24,000 bases of DNA, taken from Acidobacteriota bacterium. GTDB lineage: Bacteria; Actinomycetota; Acidimicrobiia; Spongiisociales; UBA5794. Shown here in pieces: positions 8,801 to 15,612 of the stretch. The stretch spans positions 14,470 through 38,469 of the forward strand of contig JADFIY010000003.1 in assembly GCA_022566415.1 (NCBI GenBank), given 5' to 3'. A model generated the notes under the pieces. It searched no databases. It had not been told where the DNA came from and saw only the letters and a program-made list of their open reading frames with translations. The translations under genes and the position numbers were made by a program. The first letter of the stretch is position 1; the number at the start of each line of letters is the position of its first letter.

Positions 8801-10195
8801 GAAGACTCCCCGGCCCAGCTCCCGGTACGGCATGGCGCGGCGCACCAGGTCGTACAGGTCGTCGACGTCGATGGTCTGGTCGGCGGCGATGGCCACGATC
8901 TGCTGCGCCAGCACATCGAGCGGGTTCTGCGGGATCTTGGTTTCCTCGATGGCGCCTGCATACATGCGCTCGACCACGACGGTTGCCTCCAGCAGATCGC
9001 CGCGGTGCTTGGGAAATACCTTGGCCACCGAGGGAGCGCCAACCTGGTGCCCCGCTCTGCCGACGCGTTGCAGGCCACTGGACACCGATGATGGGGACTC
9101 GACGAGCACGACCAGGTCGACCGAGGCCATGTCGATCCCGAGCTCGAGCGTCGAGGTGGCGACGACACCGCGTAATTCGCCCCGCTTGAGGCGGTCTTCG
9201 ATGTCGATGCGCTGTTCTCGGGACACCGATCCGTGATGGGAGCGAACGACTTCGTCGTCGGCGAGGCGGTTTAGCTCCGAGGCGAGCCGTTCGGCAAGGC
9301 CGCGCGAGTTGACGAAGAAGATCGTCGACCGATGGTCCAGCAGCAGGTCGAGGAGCTTTGGGTAGACGGCGGGCCAGATCGACTTCCGAACCGGTTCGTC
9401 GAGGCCATCGACGTCGGGACTCGCGGTGAGCTCGGGCCGGGTCATGTCCGCCACCGGGACCACGATCTCGACCTCGAGTGCCTTGTCTCTCGGGGCGTCG
9501 ACGATGGTGACGGGTCGCGGGATCCATCCGTCTTGGTGCGGCTCGCCGCCTCCGAGGAACGCAGCGATGTCCTCGAGGGGGCGCTGGGTGGCGGACAGAC
9601 CGATCCGTTGTGGCTCCTTGTCGGTGATGGCGGCGAGCCGTTCCAGGCTCAGCGCGAGGTGAGACCCACGCTTGGTTCCGGCGATCGAATGGATCTCATC
9701 GATGATCACCCACTTCACCGATCGCAGGATCTCTCTCGCTCGCGAGGTGAGCATCAAGTAGAGGCTCTCGGGGGTGGTGATCAGGATGTCGGGCGGGTGG
9801 CGGAGCATCGCCTGCCGGTCGCGCTGCGGTGTGTCACCGGTTCGCATACCGGTGGAGATCTGCGGCAGGTCGATGCCGAGCTGCGTGGCTGCAAGGCGGA
9901 TGCCGGTCAGCGGGGCTCGCAGGTTTCGGTCGACGTCGTGGGCCAATGCCTTGAGGGGAGAGATGTAGAGCACCCGGCACCGCTCCCGTTCCGGCGGGGT
10001 GGGTGCGGTGGCCAGGCGATCCAGCGCCCACAGGAAGGCGGCCAGCGTCTTGCCGGAGCCGGTGGGGGCGTGGATCAGGGTGTGCCGGCCGGAGGCGATC
10101 GCGGGCCAGCCATCGTATTGGGCTGCGGTGGGTTCGGCGAAGGTCGCCGAGAACCAGGCCCTGGTGGGGGCGGAGAAGCCGTCGAATACGTCCAC
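5822..10195 (-). CDS. lhr: Lhr-family ATP-dependent DNA helicase (large helicase-related protein)
   Basis: 1457 aa. Motif I HAPTGSGKT, motif II IIDEIHS (DEIH), a helicase C-domain region (VATSTLELGIDM), and the long C-terminal extension characteristic of Lhr. GTG start at 10195. Confidence 0.95.
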   Translation of the reverse strand: MDVFDGFSAPTRAWFSATFAEPTAAQYDGWPAIASGRHTLIHAPTGSGKTLAAFLWALDRLATAPTPPERERCRVLYISPLKALAHDVDRNLRAPLTGIRLAATQLGIDLPQISTGMRTGDTPQRDRQAMLRHPPDILITTPESLYLMLTSRAREILRSVKWVIIDEIHSIAGTKRGSHLALSLERLAAITDKEPQRIGLSATQRPLEDIAAFLGGGEPHQDGWIPRPVTIVDAPRDKALEVEIVVPVADMTRPELTASPDVDGLDEPVRKSIWPAVYPKLLDLLLDHRSTIFFVNSRGLAERLASELNRLADDEVVRSHHGSVSREQRIDIEDRLKRGELRGVVATSTLELGIDMASVDLVVLVESPSSVSSGLQRVGRAGHQVGAPSVAKVFPKHRGDLLEATVVVERMYAGAIEETKIPQNPLDVLAQQIVAIAADQTIDVDDLYDLVRRAMPYRELGRGVFDSVLDMLAGRYPSDEFAELRPRIIWDRVAGSIEGRRNARLLAVTNPGTIPDRGLYRVVLPDGGRVGELDEEMVYESRIGDTFVLGSSAWRIEEITRDQVVVSPAPAQATARLPFWHGDAPGRPLELGRAVGAFTRRIGALDNDAAVRTLENEYRLDPWAARNLAAFIAEEQEATGTLPTDKTIVVERFRDEIGDWRVAVLTPFGARIHAPWALAARHRYRDLHGSDVDLIWADDGILFRFPDVDEPPDTAELLIDPEEMEETLIAEVADSALFASRFREAAARSLLLPKRRPGSRTPLWQQRKRAASLLEVASKHGTFPVILETYREVLQDHFDLPALIEVLSDIAKRRTRVVEVDLPGPSPFAMSLSFDFVAAFMYEYDAPTAERRAMALTLDRSLLAELLGEPAFRDLLDADVITGVESELQHHTPERRAASADQVHDLLRDIGPVTYEELAKRVTTPANLDDWLEDLGARAMTVGIGGVVHHAAVEDAARLRDAIGVSLPAGLAQTFLEPVADATGDVVARYARTHGPFTTTDAAQSLGLPAGVIADVLRRLESEGRVAGGAYRPGGKEHEWVDIEVLRRIKRRSLAILRADVEAVETDALGRFLPAWQQVGATRTGADHLGHVIRQLRGAAIPASILESDVLADRAASDGIDTLLATGELVWLGREPLGTKDGKLSLYPRDQVPLLLGPNTVDPPDGPIHETIRAWLAQHGASFFADLYQAAGGGNPDDVLEALWDLVWAGEVTNDTIAPVRAFVSGRSARRRDRRPHLSSGSPPAGKGRWYATAELLTTTPTDEDRGTALAEMLLDRHGVVTRDAVLAEGIPGGFSGLYPVFTAMEDAGRVRRGYFIEGLGGAQFGHMAAADRLRTERGAGLIVLAAADPANPYGAAVAWPEHDVARPARRAGAHVVLDDGALVAFVERGGRSALAFTGDPDVFAAAVAVVAPRHRRMTLERVDGDTVSGSRWSDVLVTAGFVPGYKGLTFETRNRA

Positions 10196-10301
10196 GCCGC
10201 CAGGGTACCGGGAAGGGGTGACGCGAAACCGGTGGTCCCGTCTGGTGACCCTGAGGCGATGGGTGAGACTTCGCCGGATTCCTCAACGGTGGTGGTTTCA
10301 G

Positions 10302-10334
10302 ACCCAACCCTCGACCTCGAGTCGAGGGTTGGGT
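10302..10334. other. Perfect 14-bp stem / 5-nt loop hairpin in a divergent intergenic region
   Basis: ACCCAACCCTCGAC (10302-10315), loop CTCGA, GTCGAGGGTTGGGT (10321-10334); exact reverse complements. Confidence 0.8.
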
Positions 10335-10381
10335 GAATGACAAAATCGTCTTAGGCACGGTTTCGTGGGTAAGAAAAGAGT

Positions 10382-10423
10382 GAGTCGTAAGTCGCAAGTC
10401 GCAAGTCGCAAGTCGCAGGTCCC
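10382..10423. repeat. Heptanucleotide tandem array (AAGTCGC)n
   Basis: GAGTCGT AAGTCGC AAGTCGC AAGTCGC AAGTCGC AGGTCCC: four perfect units flanked by degenerate ones. Confidence 0.95.
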
Positions 10424-10444
10424 GATTTCGAGTTGGCAGCGACC

Positions 10445-10472
10445 GGGAACTGGGATCTGGGATCTGGGAACA
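10445..10472. repeat. Heptanucleotide tandem array (GGGAWCT)n
   Basis: GGGAACT GGGATCT GGGATCT GGGAACA; ends 16 nt before ATG 10489. Confidence 0.95.
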
Positions 10473-10488
10473 CATAGGATGCCGGAGC

Positions 10489-10824
10489 ATGGCTGAGCCA
10501 TACCTGACCGATCTGCAAGAACTCGCCGACCAGTGGTTCAGGGCCGATGCCGCAGTCGGCGCACTCGAGTGTCGTCACTTCTTCGCCGGCGCCGCTGCCT
10601 ATCGCGACGGCGCTATCGTTGCCTCGCTGACGCCGGTTGGCCTCGCCTTCAAGGTGCCAGCCGAGGTCCACGACGACCTGCTGAGCCGCGGATCCGCCAC
10701 CTCCCTCCGCTACTTCCCAACAGGGCCGATCAAACGGAACTACGTCCTCTTCCCCCCAGGGACGACACTCGACGCCCACGACGCGGCCCGCCTCCTACGC
10801 GGAGAGTATTTGGATGCCAAATGA
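10489..10824 (+). CDS. TfoX N-terminal domain-like protein
   Basis: 111 aa. The pattern HFFAGAAAYRDGAIVASLTPVGLAFKV resembles the TfoX_N core (mFGg.g.y.dG.mFa.v....l.lK). Assigned by motif memory only. Confidence 0.5.
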   Translation: MAEPYLTDLQELADQWFRADAAVGALECRHFFAGAAAYRDGAIVASLTPVGLAFKVPAEVHDDLLSRGSATSLRYFPTGPIKRNYVLFPPGTTLDAHDAARLLRGEYLDAK

Positions 10825-10867
10825 TGCCACCCTTCGCGGCCCGGGTGCGCCCTGTTTCCCATACGGT

Positions 10868-10891
10868 GGGGGGCTGCCTGAGCAGCCCCCC
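10868..10891 (+). terminator. GC-rich hairpin downstream of the TfoX-like gene (terminator-like, no U-tract)
   Basis: GGGGGGCTGC ctga GCAGCCCCCC is a perfect 10-bp stem 44 nt after the stop. A second hairpin follows: GAACCGC gggc GCGGTTC at 10912-10929. Confidence 0.45.
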
Positions 10892-11034
10892 GAAACGACC
10901 CACTTGTCGTTGAACCGCGGGCGCGGTTCACTAGGGAAGTGTCCGCTACGGCGTCGGTGGGGACTGTCCCTTGAGGGTGAGTGCCGGACATTCCCCTAAT
11001 GAGGGAGCACGTCGGGAGAGACGTCGGGAGAGAC

Positions 11035-11607
11035 ATGGAGCTTCGCCAACAACATCGCAGCGGAGATGAGCGGGTCTTCGACAGGTTCGTTCGTGATCAC
11101 GCCAGGCCCGTCCTCGCCTACTGCTTGCGCCGCAGCACCCACGCCGACGCCCACGAGGCCGCCTCGGAGGTGTTTTCCATCGCGTGGCGCAAGTTCAGTG
11201 ATGTGCCCGACGGTGAGGCGGGTCTGTACTGGCTGTTTGGTGTCGCCAGGCGGGTGCTGTCCAACCAGCAGCGAGGACGACTGCGGCGGCAGAAAATGAC
11301 CGACCGCGTCGGGTCGCTGGCCGAGGCTCCAGCACCGAGTGCGGAGACCGTGGTGTTGAGAAGTGTGTACAACCAGGAAGTCATCGACGCGCTCACCAGC
11401 CTCAACCCCAGGGACCAGGAGCTGGTGGCACTCATCGTGTGGGATGACATTCCGCGTCAAGAGGTCTCCAACCTTTTCGGTATTTCACTCACCGCCGTGA
11501 ACAAGCGATATCAGCGGGCGCTGCGTCGCTTGGAACATGCGTTGAGCGGCGGCGACGAATACGGCAGCACGACCCACCCGATTGCAGAGGAAGGAGGTGT
11601 CGCATGA
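11035..11607 (+). CDS. ECF-type sigma-70 family RNA polymerase sigma factor
   Basis: Region 2 (FDRFVRDHARPVLAYCLRR...EVFSIAWRKF) and region 4 HTH (IPRQEVSNLFGISLTAVNKRYQRALRRLEH). The track ORF starts at GTG 10981. I prefer ATG 11035, which is preceded by GGGAG; ATG 10999 is also possible. Confidence 0.88.
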   Translation: MELRQQHRSGDERVFDRFVRDHARPVLAYCLRRSTHADAHEAASEVFSIAWRKFSDVPDGEAGLYWLFGVARRVLSNQQRGRLRRQKMTDRVGSLAEAPAPSAETVVLRSVYNQEVIDALTSLNPRDQELVALIVWDDIPRQEVSNLFGISLTAVNKRYQRALRRLEHALSGGDEYGSTTHPIAEEGGVA

Positions 11608-12278
11608 ATGCTATCGAGCGACTCGAACGGGCCAACCCCGTGCCAGATGAAGACAGGTTGTTAGCCGCTCCCGGCGCCATGGATGCCTTCGTCTCCTCCG
11701 TGAAGGAAAGGAGCGGGATCGTGAAGAAGACTGAGAGGAAAGGTTCCGGTGTAGAGGATCGACCACCAATCGAGGTGCCGACAGACGCAGCACCGATTGA
11801 GGGGTCGAGAAGGCGTTTCGGCCTGGTCGCGGCCGCCGCCGTGGTTGTGTTGGTGATCGGAGCGGCGGCAGCGATCTTGACCCTGAGCGGTGACGGGGGG
11901 GACGACGTCGTTACCGCCTCACCTACGACGCCAGGCCCCATCACGTCCTTTGACGACATCGCCGGGACGATCTACGAGCGCGTAGATACCGGTGCTCCAC
12001 TGACCTTGCTCTACTTCGTTGAGGATGGGACCTTTCACGGCTCGACGAACCGAGAATTGATCGTGGACCGCCCGTTTGTCGTTTTTCAGACCAGTTTTGA
12101 GGAGACGAAGATCTTGATAACGACGGCCAATTTGTTCTGCGACCAACCCGATCAGGGCGGCACCTACGAGATCCTCGTCCTGGAGAACGGCAACCTGATG
12201 TTTGTGGCCGTCGACGAGGATTCGTGCGGGCTGCGTTCGGGCAACTTTTCGAACACTGAATGGGTGCCCGTTCCGTAG
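11604..12278 (+). CDS. Single-pass membrane protein, putative anti-sigma factor partner
   Basis: ATGA overlap with the sigma gene (11604-11607) and GAAGGAGG upstream. One TM segment (FGLVAAAAVVVLVIGAAAAILTL). N-terminal LERANPVPD-type segment, and a ~130-aa extracytoplasmic domain with two Cys. Confidence 0.7.
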   Translation: MNAIERLERANPVPDEDRLLAAPGAMDAFVSSVKERSGIVKKTERKGSGVEDRPPIEVPTDAAPIEGSRRRFGLVAAAAVVVLVIGAAAAILTLSGDGGDDVVTASPTTPGPITSFDDIAGTIYERVDTGAPLTLLYFVEDGTFHGSTNRELIVDRPFVVFQTSFEETKILITTANLFCDQPDQGGTYEILVLENGNLMFVAVDEDSCGLRSGNFSNTEWVPVP

Positions 12279-12296
12279 GTCGGGATGGTGGTGCGT

Positions 12297-12357
12297 GTCC
12301 GGTTCCCCTGGAAGCCCTCGGCTGGGTGTTCTCCGTCGGTCGCCAGGGGGACCGGAC
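12297..12357. terminator. Long-loop hairpin between convergent genes
   Basis: GTCCGGTTCCCCTGG (12297-12311) pairs with CCAGGGGGACCGGAC (12343-12357): 15 bp with one G-U position and a 31-nt loop. Confidence 0.35.
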
Positions 12358-12416
12358 ATGTAGACCACGATCCGACGGACGTGAATCACGGTTGAGCCGA
12401 TTGTTGTGCAGGCCGA

Positions 12417-12451
12417 TCTCGACTCTCGACTTTCGACTCTCGACTCTCCTC
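12417..12451. repeat. Heptanucleotide tandem array (TCTCGAC)n, which reads (GTCGAGA)n on the minus strand
   Basis: TCTCGAC TCTCGAC TTTCGAC TCTCGAC TCTCCTC. The last unit overlaps the stop codon (12450-12452) of the BtpA-family gene. Confidence 0.95.
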
Positions 12452-13214
12452 AGCCCGCGGCTCGGATGATCGCCGCGGCGAGGTCGGCGTCAACCGGGGC
12501 ATCGATCCGTCCCGCCGGTTTGGTCGCGGTGCCGACGATCACCCCGTCGGCGATCTTCAGGGTGGTGGAGACCGAATCGGCGGTGACGCCCGACCCGACG
12601 TAGACGGGGAGGCTGGTGGCGTCGGCGACGATGGCGAGCTCGTCGATGTCGGCGGCAGCGCCGGTGGCCGCCCCGGACACGATGATCGCATCGGCTCCTC
12701 CGCGCTCGGCAAGGTCCCGGGTCGCCGCAGCGAGCGCAACGCCGGCCGGGGGGGTGGCATGTTTGACGAACACGTCGGCCATAACGGCCACGTCTGGGCA
12801 GATGCCGGCACGGAGACGGGCGACTTCGGCAGCCTTGCCGGTGAGCTCCCCCTGATCGGTGAACATCGACCCGGAGAGCACGTTGACCCTGATGAAGGTG
12901 GCGCCGGTCGCGGCCGCAATCGACAGGGCGGCGAGGGCATCGTTGCGCAGCACGTTGACGCCGATGGGGAGCCCGCTGGCGGTGACCGCATCCACCGCTT
13001 TGGTCATCGCCGCCACCGTGGATTTGGGCACGTCGTCTGCGAAGAACGGTGCATCTCCGAAGTTCTCCACCATCACACCATCGAAGCCCGCCGCAGCGAG
13101 AGTCGTGGCGTCGATGACTGCGGCGTCGATGACCGCCTGGAGGTCACCGTCGTAGTCGGGTGCCCCGGGAAGGGGTCGAAGGTGGACCATCCCGATGACT
13201 CTGAGCGGGTCCAC
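12450..13214 (-). CDS. BtpA/SgcQ family TIM-barrel protein
   Basis: 254 aa. The N-terminal VIGMVHLRPLPGAPDY matches the BtpA-family signature (IGvvHL.PLPGsP). Gly/Ala-rich barrel strands. GTG start 6 nt after the upstream stop. Confidence 0.85.
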   Translation of the reverse strand: MDPLRVIGMVHLRPLPGAPDYDGDLQAVIDAAVIDATTLAAAGFDGVMVENFGDAPFFADDVPKSTVAAMTKAVDAVTASGLPIGVNVLRNDALAALSIAAATGATFIRVNVLSGSMFTDQGELTGKAAEVARLRAGICPDVAVMADVFVKHATPPAGVALAAATRDLAERGGADAIIVSGAATGAAADIDELAIVADATSLPVYVGSGVTADSVSTTLKIADGVIVGTATKPAGRIDAPVDADLAAAIIRAAG

Positions 13215-13220
13215 CAGGGC

Positions 13221-14003
13221 TCAGTAGGCCCTGGCGATCTCGAGCGCCCGCTCCGCGTGGTCGCCGACCGCCTTCAATCCGGTATCGGCTGGGTCCTGGC
13301 GCTGGACGACGACCCTGCACCAGTCGCCGGCCATGCCGCGGATGACCTGATCGGTGTCCTCCGGGCCGAACCGCCATGCCTGGTACTTGGGCCCCATCAC
13401 CTCGACCCTCACCCCCTGCGCCGGGTACGTCTCACCCACCTGGCGGTAGGAGAAGGGCAGGCTCTTCTGCCCGAACCATGCGATGTGGCGGAGGCGGAGA
13501 GTATCCGCCAGCGGATCCTCTTCCTCTTCTTCGAGGTCCTGCTCGGGAATCGGGAGAATTCTGCCCAAGATGGCGACCTTCACGTCCAGACCATGGGCCC
13601 ACGTCTCCATGAGGCGCATGGTGGCGAAGCTTTGCGCACTCATATCGCCATACAGCCAGGGGACCCTGTCGCCTGCGCTCATCCTGGACAGGGCATCGAC
13701 GACGTCGGCGCGGCCGTGGCGCCACCATTCGATGACCTCCTGATGACGCTGCGGACGTCCCAATGCAACCCCGACCGCGGTCCACTCGTCGATGTCGGTG
13801 ACGTTCTCGGCGTCGATCCGTTCCCTCCCCCGCTCCAGGACCTCAGCGGCCAGTCCCTCCACGTGGGCGAGATGGCTCACCTGGTCCTTGATCGTCCACC
13901 CTTCCGCCGGCGTCTTCTTCTTCCACTCACGGTCGGCGAGTCCCTGGAGAAATTGGTCCAGGTGCTGCTCTTCGGCCACGAGATCCGACAGAATCTCTCT
14001 CAT
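13221..14003 (-). CDS. Maleylpyruvate isomerase-family mycothiol-dependent enzyme / DinB-fold metal-binding protein (TIGR03084-like)
   Basis: 260 aa. The N-terminal LSDLVAEEQHLDQFLQGL...EGWTIKDQVSHLAH pattern is typical of the MDMPI_N/DinB fold. Confidence 0.75.
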   Translation of the reverse strand: MREILSDLVAEEQHLDQFLQGLADREWKKKTPAEGWTIKDQVSHLAHVEGLAAEVLERGRERIDAENVTDIDEWTAVGVALGRPQRHQEVIEWWRHGRADVVDALSRMSAGDRVPWLYGDMSAQSFATMRLMETWAHGLDVKVAILGRILPIPEQDLEEEEEDPLADTLRLRHIAWFGQKSLPFSYRQVGETYPAQGVRVEVMGPKYQAWRFGPEDTDQVIRGMAGDWCRVVVQRQDPADTGLKAVGDHAERALEIARAY

Positions 14004-14013
14004 CGGCGTGATT

Positions 14014-15096
14014 CTACAGGGGTTCGTGCGTTGAACTGATCTGAGCCCGCTGATCGATCACGCTCGCATTGATGCGGTCGATGAGCACCCTGAGCCTGCC
14101 GAACTGGCGACGATCGAAACTCAAACGCAGCCGCGCCAGGTCGACGTTGTCATCGGTGGCGATCTCCGGCGCGGTTGCGGTGATGGTGCGGATTTCGCCG
14201 TGGGTGAGGATGTCCGAGAAGTCCTCGTTGAGCGACCCGACCAGCTCGCTGGATGGCTCGCTCTTCAGGCGGAGGATGAGGTCGCCATCGACGAATCGCT
14301 GCGAGTGGTACGAGGCGTAGAAGTCGAGGATCTCGTTGATCGCAACGTCGACGTCTTCGGTGACGCGATACAGGTTGAGGTCGTCGGGTGTGATCAGCTC
14401 CTGTTCGACGAGGGTGTCGACGAATCGCTGCCAACCGCTCCAGTACCCGGTCCCCGGAGCCTCGAGCATCGCGATCGGGTGGATGTCGGACTTCCCGGTT
14501 TGGATCAGCGTCAACAACTCGAAGGTCTCATCCTGGGTCCCGAAGCCGCCGGGAAAGAGAACGAACGCGTGCGATTCCTTGACGAACGCCAGCTTGCGGG
14601 TGAAGAAGTACTTGTAGTTGATCAGGCGGCTCTCGTGCACGTATGGGTTGGCGTCGGATTCGAACGGGAGTCGGATATTCACCCCGAACGAGTCATCGCT
14701 TCCTGCGCCGAGGTTGCCGGCTTCCATGATTCCCGGGCCGGCTCCGGTTACGACCATCCAGCGGTGCTGGTCGACCATTCGGGAGGCGAACTCGGCGGCG
14801 GCCTGGTAGTTGGGGTCGTCTGGGGGGGTGCGCGCCGATCCGTACATGGTGACCTTTGGCACGTCCCGGTACTTCTGAAAGATGGCAAACGAATACCGCA
14901 TCTCCTTGAGGGCTGCGTTCATGAGTTTCACGTCGCCGCGGCTGGCGTCGTCGCGCACCAGTTTGAGCGCGGTGACGATCATCTCGCGAATGAGCTCCTC
15001 GTCGTGCTCGTGGTCCGGGTGGCTGGCCGCGACATCGGAGACCAGCGCGCTGATCCGATCGTCGATGGCGGCGTCGCCGATGCGGTATGAGCGCAT
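14014..15096 (-). CDS. LOG-family (TIGR00730) protein with N- and C-terminal extensions; PpnN-like nucleotide 5'-monophosphate nucleosidase candidate
   Basis: 360 aa. GAGPGIMEAGNLGA and PGGFGTQDE (the LOG motif PGGxGTxxE). The core is flanked by ~70 aa at the N terminus and ~110 aa at the C terminus. Confidence 0.85.
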   Translation of the reverse strand: MRSYRIGDAAIDDRISALVSDVAASHPDHEHDEELIREMIVTALKLVRDDASRGDVKLMNAALKEMRYSFAIFQKYRDVPKVTMYGSARTPPDDPNYQAAAEFASRMVDQHRWMVVTGAGPGIMEAGNLGAGSDDSFGVNIRLPFESDANPYVHESRLINYKYFFTRKLAFVKESHAFVLFPGGFGTQDETFELLTLIQTGKSDIHPIAMLEAPGTGYWSGWQRFVDTLVEQELITPDDLNLYRVTEDVDVAINEILDFYASYHSQRFVDGDLILRLKSEPSSELVGSLNEDFSDILTHGEIRTITATAPEIATDDNVDLARLRLSFDRRQFGRLRVLIDRINASVIDQRAQISSTHEPL

Positions 15097-15111
15097 GTGG
15101 TGAACCTAGCC

Positions 15112-15597
15112 TCAGTCCCTGTAGTTGACGTATTGCAAGGGCAGGGCGTAGTCCAGCCCCTTCAGCTCGGCGATCACCGCTTGCAACTCGTCCCGCTTCT
15201 TTCCTTGTACTCGCAACTGATCGCCCTGGATGTGAACCTGAACCTTGCTACCCATGTCCCGAATGTGTTTCGACAGATCCCGTGCCGCATCCTGCGAGAT
15301 GCCGTGGCTCAGCGTGTACTCGGCGCGGGAGCGCCCGCCGGCGGCCGGTTTGATCTCGCCCCCTGCAAGCGACTTCAACGAAACCTTGCGCCGGACGAGC
15401 TTGGTCTTGAGCACGTCGATGGCTGCCTCGACCCTTTGGTCGGACGCCGACTCGACCGTTATTCCTTCGTCGGTCAGGGCCACGGTTGTGTTCGTTCCTT
15501 TGAAGTCGTACCGGTTGACGATCTCACGCATCGACTGGTCGACTGCGTTGCGAACCTCCTGGTTATCGACCCGTGAAACGACATCGAATGAAGGCAT
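15112..15597 (-). CDS. yajQ: YajQ family nucleotide / cyclic-di-GMP-binding protein (UPF0234)
   Basis: 161 aa. MPSFDVVSRVDNQEVRNAVDQSMREIVNRYDFKG and the C-terminal LPLQYVNYRD match the YajQ family. GGGAGG lies 4 nt before the ATG. Confidence 0.92.
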   Translation of the reverse strand: MPSFDVVSRVDNQEVRNAVDQSMREIVNRYDFKGTNTTVALTDEGITVESASDQRVEAAIDVLKTKLVRRKVSLKSLAGGEIKPAAGGRSRAEYTLSHGISQDAARDLSKHIRDMGSKVQVHIQGDQLRVQGKKRDELQAVIAELKGLDYALPLQYVNYRD

Positions 15598-15612
15598 AGC
15601 CCCTCCCGTTGG

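Noticed and set aside
10445-10472. Reading the GGAAC cores of the GGGAACT heptamers as ECF-type -35 promoter elements.
   Set aside because: No CGT-type -10 element lies at the expected 16-17 nt spacing from any of the GGAAC cores, and the last core is only 17 nt from the ATG. The same units also occur at a convergent gene junction (23842-23862), where a promoter makes no sense.
10934-10960. Possible autoregulated ECF promoter (GGGAAG ... CGTC) upstream of the sigma gene.
   Set aside because: The spacing between the two elements is about 12 nt, too short for the canonical 16-17 nt, so it cannot be supported from sequence alone.
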